In this document: positions 17,784 through 27,265 of the stretch, piece by piece
How the letters are laid out: every line of letters begins with the position of its first letter
Numbering within the stretch: the first letter of the stretch is position 1
DNA from: a virus
Reading direction: 5' to 3' (one strand)
Virus record (IMG/VR): IMGVR_UViG_3300003322_000128
Coordinates: 1-64,000 of that record
DNA: 64,000 nucleotides
Made by a program: the position numbers and the translations under genes
Notes under the pieces: model-generated
Seen by the model: the letters and a program-made list of their open reading frames with translations, nothing else
Told to the model about the DNA's origin: nothing
The model's database searches: none

Positions 17784-17972
17784 ATGACTATTTCGCTAGT
17801 GGTTCTCTTCGGCATCGCCCTTGTGGTGTGTATTCTGAAGGACAATATGGGTAAGCTCCACGCGTTCATCGCTGTGATGTTCGGGCTTTACCTTGGTTCT
17901 ACTGGAGTTGGACCTTCTCTCAAGGAGGGGACTGAGAATTTCCTCCATTGGCTGAGTCAGATTCAATTCTGA
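17784..17972 (+). CDS. small membrane protein
   Basis: Two TM segments, FGLYLGSTG; TTGACA-17-TAGAAT promoter at 17695. Confidence 0.65.
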   Translation: MTISLVVLFGIALVVCILKDNMGKLHAFIAVMFGLYLGSTGVGPSLKEGTENFLHWLSQIQF

Positions 17973-18027
17973 TTTGGCGGGGTTTCGTAAAGAGACCCCA
18001 AGCTTTGTCTACATAAGGAGAGATATA

Positions 18028-18681
18028 ATGCGCGAGTACCCTAAGATTGATAATCTGTACAAGCGTAATCCTGAGAAGAAGTCAGAGCTTCTTGTCGGTA
18101 CATATACCCGGCCGGAATTTTCTCTGATTGATGCTTGGGATGTTACGGAGAAGGTTGACGGTACAAACGTTCAGCTGAAGTTCCACAGGGTTTTTAACGG
18201 CTCGTTTGATATTAATGGGCGTACCGAGCGCGCGCAGTTTACCATTGGCCAGGAGAATTTTCTTGAGGAGCTTGGTGACAGCATTCGCGGTAAGGTTCTT
18301 CACACCATTAATGCATTCAACCTTGATACGCTGACCATCTATGGTGAGCTATATGGCCCAAGGATTCAGTCTGGTGGGAATTATTCTACTGAGCTTGGAT
18401 TCCGGGCATTTGACATGATGGTGAATGACAAGGTATGGTTGGCACCTGAGGATGTTCGTAAGAACGCCGAGTACTTTGGTGTTGAGCAGGTTCCTAACCT
18501 GGGGACAATGACTACTGAGAGTATCTTTCTGATGGTTGCCGGGGGATTTAAGTCCACCTTTGCAATCAATGAAGATTATGATGCAGAAGGTGTTATTGCA
18601 AAGCCGCCGTGGAATCTGTATGACCAGCGTGGAGAGCGGGTTATGTTTAAGCTCAAGACGTGCGATTTGAAGCATCTGTAA
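18028..18681 (+). CDS. RNA ligase (Rnl2-like nucleotidyltransferase domain)
   Basis: Motifs TEKVDGTN, YGELYG, FRAFD, EGVIAKP, FKLK. Confidence 0.88.
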   Translation: MREYPKIDNLYKRNPEKKSELLVGTYTRPEFSLIDAWDVTEKVDGTNVQLKFHRVFNGSFDINGRTERAQFTIGQENFLEELGDSIRGKVLHTINAFNLDTLTIYGELYGPRIQSGGNYSTELGFRAFDMMVNDKVWLAPEDVRKNAEYFGVEQVPNLGTMTTESIFLMVAGGFKSTFAINEDYDAEGVIAKPPWNLYDQRGERVMFKLKTCDLKHL

Positions 18682-18738
18682 AGATGCGGCCAGATGAAAA
18701 TCTGGCCAAGCTTTTTCCCCTTTCGTAAAGGACATATA

Positions 18739-19506
18739 ATGACAAGAATTCTTATTGGTTCTCAGGCAATGAAGTTCTGGTTTGGGGAGCATTTCCCAAG
18801 AACGCCTAGCGATACAGATTGCTTTTCGGATGAATTTATTCCAAATGTTGAGTCATTCTGGCATCCGAAGCTTTCTGAATATGAATGGAAGTTTGGGATT
18901 GTTGCTTCCATTGAAGAGCTATACACCATCAAAGTTTCCCATGCTTTTTGGTTTCATGGTGACCGCAAGTGGTGGAAGCATATGTACGATGTGAAGTTCC
19001 TTCAGGACAAGGGGTACGACCATCTTGTTCCTGAGCTGTATGATATTCTGTATAGTATTTGGGTTGAGCGTCATGGAAAGAAGAAGGCGTTTCTTAACGT
19101 ACCCGCCGATGAATTTTTCAATCCAAATGTGGACCGGATTTATGAGCATGACAGCATTCATCAGTCTATTGCCTATTATGATGAACCGCTATTCAGCAGA
19201 ATTTTGCGGGACGGGCATGAAGTTATGGTAGATGAATCAAAGTTCTGGTCTCTCTCACAAGAGGATAGGTTCAAGCTTGTCCGTGAAGAGGTGTACGCAA
19301 CGGCTCTAGAACGAATTCTCATCCCCAGCAATTATGTGAAGAGTCCTAGAGGCGCCTACAATTGGGCAATGCGGAAGACAATTACTGACTTCTCAAAGGG
19401 TTGGTTTCCCAAGTTCATCGTGCTACACTGGAATGAGCTGTACCGGCCGGATGTTGATTACTTGAAGATTCATCTGAATAATAAGGATAAGTTGATAACG
19501 CTATGA
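18739..19506 (+). CDS. phage protein with a nucleotidyltransferase-like N-terminus
   Basis: LIGS.A...R.PSDTD; LYTIKVSHAFW; YEHDSIH. Confidence 0.55.
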   Translation: MTRILIGSQAMKFWFGEHFPRTPSDTDCFSDEFIPNVESFWHPKLSEYEWKFGIVASIEELYTIKVSHAFWFHGDRKWWKHMYDVKFLQDKGYDHLVPELYDILYSIWVERHGKKKAFLNVPADEFFNPNVDRIYEHDSIHQSIAYYDEPLFSRILRDGHEVMVDESKFWSLSQEDRFKLVREEVYATALERILIPSNYVKSPRGAYNWAMRKTITDFSKGWFPKFIVLHWNELYRPDVDYLKIHLNNKDKLITL

Positions 19507-19838
19507 ATGATTTTGTAACTGAATTTGAACAGTATCTTGCCAAGAATTGGGAGTTTAAGTTCAGGTATGGTACCTTCCATGGAACCTTTGGATTTTATCA
19601 GGTTCTTTGGTCCGGTGATGCTATTGAGCTGAATACCCTATATGGTAAGGCTAAGGTTGTTGAGCGTTCTACTGACTATGCAGATGGTCAGGAAGAACGA
19701 ACCATGGTTGTTAAGATTGGTGACCGATTCGTAAAGAAGGTTGGTTACTACGACTCATGGGACAGTTCAGATTGGGATGGCTCTATTACTGAGGTAAAGC
19801 CTGTAGACAGGATTGTCACGGTTTATGAGCCAGTCTGA
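19503..19838 (+). CDS. hypothetical protein (paralog family A)
   Basis: KIGDRFVKK.G.YDSWD...WDG...EV.P. Confidence 0.7.
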   Translation: MNDFVTEFEQYLAKNWEFKFRYGTFHGTFGFYQVLWSGDAIELNTLYGKAKVVERSTDYADGQEERTMVVKIGDRFVKKVGYYDSWDSSDWDGSITEVKPVDRIVTVYEPV

Positions 19839-19881
19839 TATCCCGCCCCGAAAGGGGCAAGCTTTCTGATTGGAGAATAAC

Positions 19882-20196
19882 ATGACTAAGTTCAGTGCTG
19901 CTCAGGTTGAGGCGGCTATTGAGGAAGAGTTTGACGGTTATCCCGAAGAATTCTATGGTGAGGTTGGCACGGATGGCTACGAATTGACCATGCTTGATGG
20001 TGCAGTGGCTTATGGTGTTGCCCGTGAAGGTGGTTATGAAGGCGGCGGGGATTACATGGATGTAGTCTTTCGAATTGGACAACAGTTTTTCCGTAAGCAG
20101 GGAACACACAACTCTTGGGATGCTAGCTATTGGGATGGCACTCTCGAAGAGGTTGAGCCTTATCAAGAGACTGTTACAAAGTACCGGGCGGTTTAA
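19882..20196 (+). CDS. hypothetical protein (paralog family A)
   Basis: RIGQQFFRK.GTHNSWD..YWDGTLEEVEP. Confidence 0.7.
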   Translation: MTKFSAAQVEAAIEEEFDGYPEEFYGEVGTDGYELTMLDGAVAYGVAREGGYEGGGDYMDVVFRIGQQFFRKQGTHNSWDASYWDGTLEEVEPYQETVTKYRAV

Positions 20197-20495
20197 TGTA
20201 TACTAAGAATCAAATTCAAGATGCAATTCTTGAAGACTATGATGGCGATTGGTCAGAGTTCCTTTACATGGTGAATGACAGTCATGATGAAGAGGCAGAG
20301 CTTCCGTCACTTGGTGTAAAGGCAATTGGTGTTGAAAATGGCGGAGAAAAGTATCTCTGGGAAGTTTTCAAGGTTGGTGACCAGTATTTCCGCATGAACG
20401 GCACTCATGATTCTTATGAGGGTTCTATGTGGGATGGAGAGCTTGAAGAGGTTGAGCCCTTCAAGAAGACTGTGGTAGACTATCGTTCTAAGTGA
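20196..20495 (+). CDS. hypothetical protein (paralog family A)
   Basis: KVGDQYFRM.GTHDSYE..MWDGELEEVEP. Confidence 0.7.
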   Translation: MYTKNQIQDAILEDYDGDWSEFLYMVNDSHDEEAELPSLGVKAIGVENGGEKYLWEVFKVGDQYFRMNGTHDSYEGSMWDGELEEVEPFKKTVVDYRSK

Positions 20496-20531
20496 CGGTG
20501 CTGCGGGGCAACCCGCAAGCTTGGAGGTATT

Positions 20532-20726
20532 ATGAAGTTCAAGTATAGAATTTGGGTTACAGAGCGTGAGCGCGGTTGGGGTGAATCTTGCTGGACTGAA
20601 GACTTTGATACACCAGAAGAGGCCCAGGAAAGAATTAACAAAATTAATGAACGTAATAAGCCTGGTCCTGTTCCAGATTACTATATTCAGGCAGACAATG
20701 AAATTCGCGCTGTTCGAGTAGCTTGA
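20532..20726 (+). CDS. hypothetical protein
   Basis: GGAGG RBS; ERERGWG. Confidence 0.7.
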   Translation: MKFKYRIWVTERERGWGESCWTEDFDTPEEAQERINKINERNKPGPVPDYYIQADNEIRAVRVA

Positions 20727-20758
20727 CATCTGATATGAAGGGTTGGTAATATCTGACC

Positions 20759-20935
20759 ATGAGATATGAAGTTCGAGAAGATGTAGACCGATACAACAAG
20801 CCTACGGGACAGTGGGCTATTTGGGATACACATGAAGGCAAGGCGACAGCCCGGTTTAGTGAAAAGGCCAGGGCTGAAGAGATTGTCGATAAGTACTATG
20901 CCGCACAATTCGCGGCTGAATCTGCTGCGGAGTAA
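20759..20935 (+). CDS. hypothetical protein (leaderless)
   Basis: ATG just after a TTGACA...TAATAT promoter. Confidence 0.5.
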   Translation: MRYEVREDVDRYNKPTGQWAIWDTHEGKATARFSEKARAEEIVDKYYAAQFAAESAAE

Positions 20936-20937
20936 AC

Positions 20938-21324
20938 GTGTCTGTTGAGTTTAACACCTTTTGTGCTGTTGGGGATAAGGAAATTCCTGCTAAGCTTTTC
21001 TATAGCAGTGATGACCCTGCTGTACTTGAATTCACATTCTATAATACTGGTAAGACCACAACATCCGCCCGGTGGATTTTTGCCCGGGATTTGATTCATG
21101 ATGCATTCAATTCAGAATGCGGAGAATCAGGGATTGGTGATATCAGGGTAGAAGCAGACAATGAATCCGTTTTGTTCTGGATTACCTCAAATGACGGAGA
21201 TGCTTTGGCTACATTTGAGCGGGCGGTCATTGATGAGTTTATGGAATGTGTATATGATGAAGTTCCCGAAGGAGAAGACCACTACGAAATCCCGGATGAA
21301 TTTCCTGAGGAATGGCTAGTGTAA
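20938..21324 (+). CDS. ssgA: SsgA-like protein (SALP, sporulation cell-division family)
   Basis: IPAKLFY..DDP.V...F....W.FARDL...GIGDIRV...DGDAL.....I.EF....YD.VP.GE. Confidence 0.85.
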   Translation: MSVEFNTFCAVGDKEIPAKLFYSSDDPAVLEFTFYNTGKTTTSARWIFARDLIHDAFNSECGESGIGDIRVEADNESVLFWITSNDGDALATFERAVIDEFMECVYDEVPEGEDHYEIPDEFPEEWLV

Positions 21325-21610
21325 AACTCTTGAGGTACAATAGACTCAGGAGGCAATATGGAAGGTGAGCTAATTTCCGTGGACCAGGTATGGTTTGGAA
21401 TTCGAGAACCAGAATGGTGGCCGGAAGACGAAGAAGATTTTGAAGAAAGACTTTTTGTGCCAAAAAAGGTGACCTTTCGTAAAGAGCTAAAAATTCGGCG
21501 CAAAAATTAGACCTTTCGTAAAGGGCCTATTTGCCCCATTCAGGGGCAAGCTTGAATGTATATATGAACACGCATGCGTGATACCATACTTCGGTTGAGG
21601 AATCAAGAGG

Positions 21611-21705
21611 TTGACATCTTCCCTCTGCTCCCGTAGTGTCTGACCCATCGAAGCAACCCGCCCAAAAAATTGGGGGTTGACAGCAAGAGACAAGACAGCT
21701 AAAGT
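21611..21705 (+). promoter_or_regulatory. tandem sigma70-type promoters
   Basis: TTGACA-17-TAGTGT (21611) and TTGACA-17-TAAAGT (21677). Confidence 0.65.
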
Positions 21706-21734
21706 AGGACTCAAGAAACCAACAGGAGGTCAAA

Positions 21735-22088
21735 ATGAAGGTGTCCGTTCGATTCAACAAGAGCACGGTTAAGAAGACCTCTCGCTCTAAGGTTGGCGGG
21801 ATTGTTGTCAAGCGTCTCGGCAAGGTTCGTGACACCCACGTTGCCGGAACTGTTGTGCTTAAGAAGGTGCATTTTGGCCGGACTCTCCTTGGTGAGGTGA
21901 TTGAGGAGACCGACAACATCTTGACCCCCCGTGCTGAGGATGGTATGTTTTCTCGTGCGGTGAAGAACTGGAATCGTGCTCGGTTCATCGGCTCTCTTGG
22001 TGGATACTACAACACCAGGACTGGTGAGCGTGTGATGGATGCCGAGTATGTTTACATGGCTGGTTCTGACATTTACTACACTGACTGA
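21735..22088 (+). CDS. basic hypothetical protein
   Basis: AGGAGG RBS. Confidence 0.75.
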   Translation: MKVSVRFNKSTVKKTSRSKVGGIVVKRLGKVRDTHVAGTVVLKKVHFGRTLLGEVIEETDNILTPRAEDGMFSRAVKNWNRARFIGSLGGYYNTRTGERVMDAEYVYMAGSDIYYTD

Positions 22089-22102
22089 AAAGGAATAGTT
22101 AA

Positions 22103-22684
22103 ATGGCTACGGAGCGTGAATACCTTATTAGCATCGGTCTCGCTAAGGAAGGACGCGGGCGGTTTTCTTCTGAAGCTAAGGCTGCTTTGGAAAAGGCTAA
22201 GTCTGAGGGTATGGTTTTTGACCTGACCCCGGCTGAAATTGCTAAGCTGGAAAGGCAGAATAGGACAAAGAGGGTCAAGGAAGTTTCTCCTAAGCCTGTG
22301 AGTGTCCGTCGCCCCACTCAGGATGAATACGACGTCAAGGCTGTTCGTGCATGGGGTGAGCAGACTGGGGCTATCGAAAAGGGAAAGCGCGGTAAGCTTT
22401 CTACAGCTCTTATCAACGCCTACCTTGCATCTAACAAGGTTGAAAAGAAGGTGGCCGTTAAGAAGTCTGCTGTAAAGAGGTCTATTGTCAGGTCTGAGAC
22501 GGTTGGTTATACTTTTGCCAAGCGTAAGGATACTGACCCGGCATTCATTTCGGAGCCGCTGGTTGCCGTGATGACTTGCGGGAAGTGCTCTCGTGGGGTA
22601 TCCTACTGTGGATGCCAGGATGGTCCGGTTGCCCCAAGTTATCTTGGTGGTCAGCCTCTGATGTTGACCCGCCCGGTTAAGTAG
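22103..22684 (+). CDS. lsr2: Lsr2-like DNA-binding protein with C-terminal Cys cluster
   Basis: VRAWGEQTG....KRGKLS..LINAY plus an N-terminal GRGRFS module. Confidence 0.75.
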   Translation: MATEREYLISIGLAKEGRGRFSSEAKAALEKAKSEGMVFDLTPAEIAKLERQNRTKRVKEVSPKPVSVRRPTQDEYDVKAVRAWGEQTGAIEKGKRGKLSTALINAYLASNKVEKKVAVKKSAVKRSIVRSETVGYTFAKRKDTDPAFISEPLVAVMTCGKCSRGVSYCGCQDGPVAPSYLGGQPLMLTRPVK

Positions 22685-22730
22685 GGTAACGTTGTTGGGG
22701 AGGATAAACCTCCCCAACTGAGAGGAAAAA

Positions 22731-23057
22731 ATGTACGGAGACAATTCATATCGGCCGGATTATCCTGGTGCTAGGCTGACGAATCACCAGCACCGTGGAA
22801 ATAGGCGCGATAATGCTGCGATTAACAAGCTTCTTGACTCCATTACCAATGTGGATAGCAATGTCATTCAGTTGGCTAATGCTATGGTAAATACTGCTAG
22901 TCCAGGAGTTCGCGGTAGGCTTATGGATTTGGCAATTGCCATTATCTTTGCCGAAGCAGATGCATACGTTTATCAGAATGATGATTCTGATGGACCGAAG
23001 AACGCCATGGTTTTGGTTGACACTATGAACCAGTTTGGCATCCAACTGAAGCCTTGA
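22731..23057 (+). CDS. hypothetical protein
   Basis: GAGG RBS. Confidence 0.65.
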   Translation: MYGDNSYRPDYPGARLTNHQHRGNRRDNAAINKLLDSITNVDSNVIQLANAMVNTASPGVRGRLMDLAIAIIFAEADAYVYQNDDSDGPKNAMVLVDTMNQFGIQLKP

Positions 23058-23120
23058 CAGGCACCGAAGCACCTGCTAGTCTTTAATCAATCAAGCAAGA
23101 CAAACCGAGGAGAAAAAATC

Positions 23121-24134
23121 ATGGTTGCTGCTGTTGAGACCTACAAGGATATGGCTGCATTTGCTTCCCTCCGTGAGGAAGCTTGGCATGGACTTGGTAC
23201 GGTGTTTGACAAGCCGGTCACCACGTCTGAGATGTTGGACCTTGCTCACCTTTCTAACTGGAATCTTCGTATGGTTCCACTGGACATCGATGGTGAGTAT
23301 TCTGACCGTATCGAGTACAAGATTCTTCGCGACAATCCGTTCATGAAGCGCGTTGACCGTCTTGGAATTGTTGGGCGGCGCTATAAGCTTTTCCCGAACG
23401 AAGAGCTTTTCGCCTTCGGTGACAATCTGACCAATCAGAGGCGCCGGTGGGAAACGGCTGGTAGCCTTGATGGTGGCCGAACGGTATTTGCAACTCTTGC
23501 CGATACGGAAGACATTGTTCTTGACCCGAATGGCGCAGGAGATATCATTAAGAAGTATCTTCTTCTGAAGTCTTCTCACGATGGTTCTGGCAAGATTGTT
23601 GCCAAGCGTATCAACACCCGTGTTGTTTGCAAGAATACTCTGAACATTGGTCTGAAGGAGAATGGCGCGGAATTCAGCATTCGTCACACTCAGAAGCTGG
23701 AAGGCCGTCTTGCTGAGGCTAAGTTGGCTCTAGGGTTTGCTGAGGATTACGATGAAGAGTTTGAGGCTGCCATGCAGACTCTTTACGCCAAGGATATGAC
23801 CATGGTGGAATTCGAGCGGATTGTTCTGGCCGAATTCCCTGAGCCGGATGCCGAAAAGGCTGGGGCTTACACTCGGTGGGAAAACAAGATTGATACTATT
23901 CTGGATGTCTGGGGAGACTCTACCAAGTCTGTCACTGACCTTCCGAATAACGCCTACCGTGGTCTTCAGGTTCTGACTGAGCACAACCAGTGGTTCCGTA
24001 ACCTGCGAAATGAAGAGGGAACGGATACTCCGAATCTGGAGAACTTCCATGCTGCTGGAATGGGTATGGAGGCAAAGACGAATGAGTTCCGGACCCGGGT
24101 CTTCGGCCGGATGATGGAATTCGCAACTGCCTAA
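23121..24134 (+). CDS. DUF932-family phage/plasmid protein
   Basis: AWHGLG, ETAGSL.GG, SHDGSG, RVVCKNTL, RHT; TTGACA-17-TAGTCT promoter. Confidence 0.85.
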   Translation: MVAAVETYKDMAAFASLREEAWHGLGTVFDKPVTTSEMLDLAHLSNWNLRMVPLDIDGEYSDRIEYKILRDNPFMKRVDRLGIVGRRYKLFPNEELFAFGDNLTNQRRRWETAGSLDGGRTVFATLADTEDIVLDPNGAGDIIKKYLLLKSSHDGSGKIVAKRINTRVVCKNTLNIGLKENGAEFSIRHTQKLEGRLAEAKLALGFAEDYDEEFEAAMQTLYAKDMTMVEFERIVLAEFPEPDAEKAGAYTRWENKIDTILDVWGDSTKSVTDLPNNAYRGLQVLTEHNQWFRNLRNEEGTDTPNLENFHAAGMGMEAKTNEFRTRVFGRMMEFATA

Positions 24135-24210
24135 TCTGTGAATAGAGGGGCTATCTCATAAACGGGATAGCCCCTCAAGCTTTTGTATTGTATAATGAGG
24201 AGATAAAGCG

Positions 24211-24375
24211 ATGGCAGAGTTTCTGCTTTCTGTAGTTGGGAGTGCAGTAATTGCCGGGGTTATTGAGGCAATTGCATTCATGACTGGCCATGACCCGAAT
24301 TACTTCGTTGTCTGGCTTTTTGTATTCCTTGCATGGTGGGGTATCTTCCTGATTGATGCAGACCTTGACTTTTAG
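24211..24375 (+). CDS. small membrane protein
   Basis: GAGGAG RBS, two TM segments. Confidence 0.6.
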   Translation: MAEFLLSVVGSAVIAGVIEAIAFMTGHDPNYFVVWLFVFLAWWGIFLIDADLDF

Positions 24376-24414
24376 GAATACATGGGGAAGTAATTCCCCA
24401 AGCTTGAAGGAGGA

Positions 24415-24753
24415 ATGAAATTGAAACTGCCAATGTTCACCAAAGCTTTGGAGACAAAGGTAATCGAAGAAAGGGTATTCGTTGACCTAGAGCATCTAGT
24501 TCAGCTATTGTTTGATATCTCGAATGAAACATCTATTGCAGCAACTAAGAACAGGGACCCGGCATTGGGTGCCATGACTCTTGGTGTGACGACCATCGGA
24601 CAGGCTCTAGATGGGGCTCTGACAGCCCACAAGGAAGCCAACGGACTTACGGAGCAACCGAAGCCTTGTGGAGTCTCACGGCCACACCCTAGCCATTTGA
24701 GGATGCTGGACCGTAAGAGGGTTCGTTGTCCTGGTGTTGACCAGCCTGATTAA
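24415..24753 (+). CDS. hypothetical protein
   Basis: AAGGAGG RBS. Confidence 0.65.
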   Translation: MKLKLPMFTKALETKVIEERVFVDLEHLVQLLFDISNETSIAATKNRDPALGAMTLGVTTIGQALDGALTAHKEANGLTEQPKPCGVSRPHPSHLRMLDRKRVRCPGVDQPD

Positions 24754-24915
24754 ACATGCTACACTAGATACATTCGTTAGGTTGAATAACCAACGCCTTT
24801 CTTTCAAATAGATTCCGGTACTCCTATCAGTCTAATCAGGCAAGGAGCTAAGCAACAAGTCGGCTGTTGTGCCGGAATCTCTTCATATCAGCAAACATAA
24901 ACAAGGAGGATTAAC

Positions 24916-25041
24916 ATGCCTACGGTTTACGATTACGATGACGAGACTGGTGACTTCAAGGTCATTGATGAGCCAGAGCAGCGTACTTTTGTTGATTCTA
25001 GCTTTGATTTTGACCCTTATAGTTACATTGAGAACAAGTAA
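24916..25041 (+). CDS. small acidic protein
   Basis: AAGGAGG RBS, 41 codons. Confidence 0.55.
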   Translation: MPTVYDYDDETGDFKVIDEPEQRTFVDSSFDFDPYSYIENK

Positions 25042-25052
25042 AAGGAAATACA

Positions 25053-25277
25053 TTGGCTATTGTTAAGGTAAGCACCACTCAGCGGAATGCGTCTGTTGTT
25101 AATGTTCAGGCTTGTGTGTTTGGTGTAGAGTCTGAAATTCTTCAAGCAACTGACCCTAAGAATATCATTATTGAATTGATGGGTGCTCCGGAAAAGATTG
25201 CTCAAATTGTTGGCCGAACGGGTTCCCGAATTGTGGCACAGGTTGACCGTATGCCACGGGACATGAACGCAGAGTAA
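25053..25277 (+). CDS. hypothetical protein
   Basis: AAGGA RBS, TTG start. Confidence 0.55.
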   Translation: MAIVKVSTTQRNASVVNVQACVFGVESEILQATDPKNIIIELMGAPEKIAQIVGRTGSRIVAQVDRMPRDMNAE

Positions 25278-25354
25278 TCTTCTGGTGGGGCTTGACAGCC
25301 TCACCAAGCTTAGGTAGGGTTCTCTCAAGAAGCCCGGAAGAAAGGCAAGGAAAA

Positions 25355-26020
25355 ATGGCTGACCCTAACTCACTTGATGGAGTGTTCGAGAGCTGGAAGG
25401 GAATCTGCTGGATTTGCGATAAGCGAGTCAAGCGAACTGTAGCCAGTCGGGACCACATCATTCCAAAGTCTCATGGTGGACCTAACCATGCGGCCAACTA
25501 CGCTCTTGCTCACAAGATTTGCAATGAGCGGCGGGGTAATGATACACACCTTCCTAGTGTTACTGAGGCACTTCGCATTCTGAACATTTGCCAGAATGAC
25601 ATTTGTGGCCGGTGTGGAATTGAAAAGCAGAACTGTGGTATGATTCTGTTGGTTCAGAAGGGAACATCCCGCTGGATTTTGACAGCAGTGTGCCTGATGT
25701 GTAAGCTTATGGACCAGACAGCTTCGGATGAAGAGCGATTTTCATCTATTCCATTTCAAAAGAAGAGGATTGAGAGAGTTTCTATGGATGACATGTCTGT
25801 TGTTGACACCCTGACTCCTGCTCAGCTTGAAGAGGGCGACTATGTTCTTTTCCGGGCCGGAAAGAAGGAGCACATGGGAGTCGTATCCAGTCTTCCCACC
25901 GATAATGGGACTTTCTTTTCTGTGGAAATTCATGATGATGAGCGTGACGAGAAGGTTGTTTACAATCTGAGTGTTGACGCTGAAATTAGCCTTCTGATGT
26001 ATACTCAGATGGCTGTTTGA
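25355..26020 (+). CDS. HNH endonuclease with C-terminal extension
   Basis: CWIC...RDHIIPKSHGG....NYALAHKICNERRGN. Confidence 0.8.
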   Translation: MADPNSLDGVFESWKGICWICDKRVKRTVASRDHIIPKSHGGPNHAANYALAHKICNERRGNDTHLPSVTEALRILNICQNDICGRCGIEKQNCGMILLVQKGTSRWILTAVCLMCKLMDQTASDEERFSSIPFQKKRIERVSMDDMSVVDTLTPAQLEEGDYVLFRAGKKEHMGVVSSLPTDNGTFFSVEIHDDERDEKVVYNLSVDAEISLLMYTQMAV

Positions 26021-26247
26021 TAAATTGGGCCGGGTTGCAAATCAACCCGGCCCAAGCTTATTTAAGGAGATGCAATGCGAATCATTGAATGGCTTTTCAA
26101 GCTGGTAATTTACACCACCTGTGGTGTTCTTGGCGGCGTGGTAGGTTTCTGGGGTTCAGTGTGGATTGTGTCACACATGTGACCACATCACGGGGTTGAC
26201 GTTCAACCCCAAGCTTGTTAGACTTGCACCAACGAATGGAGGTAAAG

Positions 26248-26667
26248 ATGGAATCCACTAATGGAATGAAGCTTATTTTTACACGGCATGCAGAGGAGCA
26301 GATTCAGGCTAAGGGATTCGACAAGGATTTGATTGTCTCTGAATTCCCGAATGTGACCGAAGACAAGATTTCTCCGAATAAGAAGTTTGAGGGGCAGTTC
26401 CGAGTAGTTGTGGGAGATGTCTGCCTTGTCGGTGCTCCAATGTACGGCATGTTTAGGGTGTTTACTTTGTATGAGGATGGTGTGATGACACCCCCTCGCC
26501 CTGACCAACTCAATACTATTGAGGGCCAGCGGTATGCTCACCTGTATGAGAAGATGCAGCGTGAGAAGAATCGTACGGCAAACAATGGGAATATGAAGCG
26601 GAAGAATGAATACTGGCCGCGAGTTCATGAGCGTCGTAGTGAGATTGGTCACAGGCTCATAAAGTAA
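26248..26667 (+). CDS. DUF4258/RelE-like fold protein, possible ribonuclease
   Basis: LIFTRHAEEQIQAKGF; TTGACG-17-TAGACT promoter. Confidence 0.5.
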   Translation: MESTNGMKLIFTRHAEEQIQAKGFDKDLIVSEFPNVTEDKISPNKKFEGQFRVVVGDVCLVGAPMYGMFRVFTLYEDGVMTPPRPDQLNTIEGQRYAHLYEKMQREKNRTANNGNMKRKNEYWPRVHERRSEIGHRLIK

Positions 26668-26745
26668 TTGTAAGTATGGTACCCTAGTGAAATCCGTTAC
26701 CCCAGAAATGGGGTAACGCGCACTAAACTTAGGAGATATTTTAAT

Positions 26746-27213
26746 ATGTATAAGAAGACTGCGGTAGTCGGAAGTCTGATTGCCTCAACACTGGTAATGG
26801 CTGTTCCGGGAAATGCGGAAGCCGCCACAATTCAGAGTAAGGCAGTAACCGTTGCAAAGGGCAAGATTGGTTCCCCATATAAGTGGGGTGCTAAGGGCCC
26901 AAGCAAGTTCGATTGCTCAGGTCTGACATGGTATTCCTTCAAGCAGGCTGGTAAGAATTGGAAGTATAAGCCTACTAACGGAATGCGAAAGTATCAGACA
27001 AAGGATATTACAGTCAATGAACGTAAGCCTGGTGACCTTATCTTTTTCAGGCGCAAGGGTTCATCTGATTGGAGCCATGTTGGAATCTACGTTGGTAGTG
27101 GATACATGGTGAATGCGGTAAATGGTAACACGTATAAGGGTGTTCGCAAGGGTAAGGTAAAGGATGGCTATTGGAACAAGTATTACGTCATCGATTACCG
27201 CCGCGTAAAGTAA
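26746..27213 (+). CDS. secreted NlpC/P60 peptidoglycan peptidase
   Basis: Signal peptide (AEA); GSPYKWGA.GP..FDCSGL, PGDLIFF, HVGIY. Confidence 0.92.
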   Translation: MYKKTAVVGSLIASTLVMAVPGNAEAATIQSKAVTVAKGKIGSPYKWGAKGPSKFDCSGLTWYSFKQAGKNWKYKPTNGMRKYQTKDITVNERKPGDLIFFRRKGSSDWSHVGIYVGSGYMVNAVNGNTYKGVRKGKVKDGYWNKYYVIDYRRVK

Positions 27214-27265
27214 GACCTCAAAATCAGAAATACGCGGGGTGTTTTCCCTTGACACCCCGCAAGCT

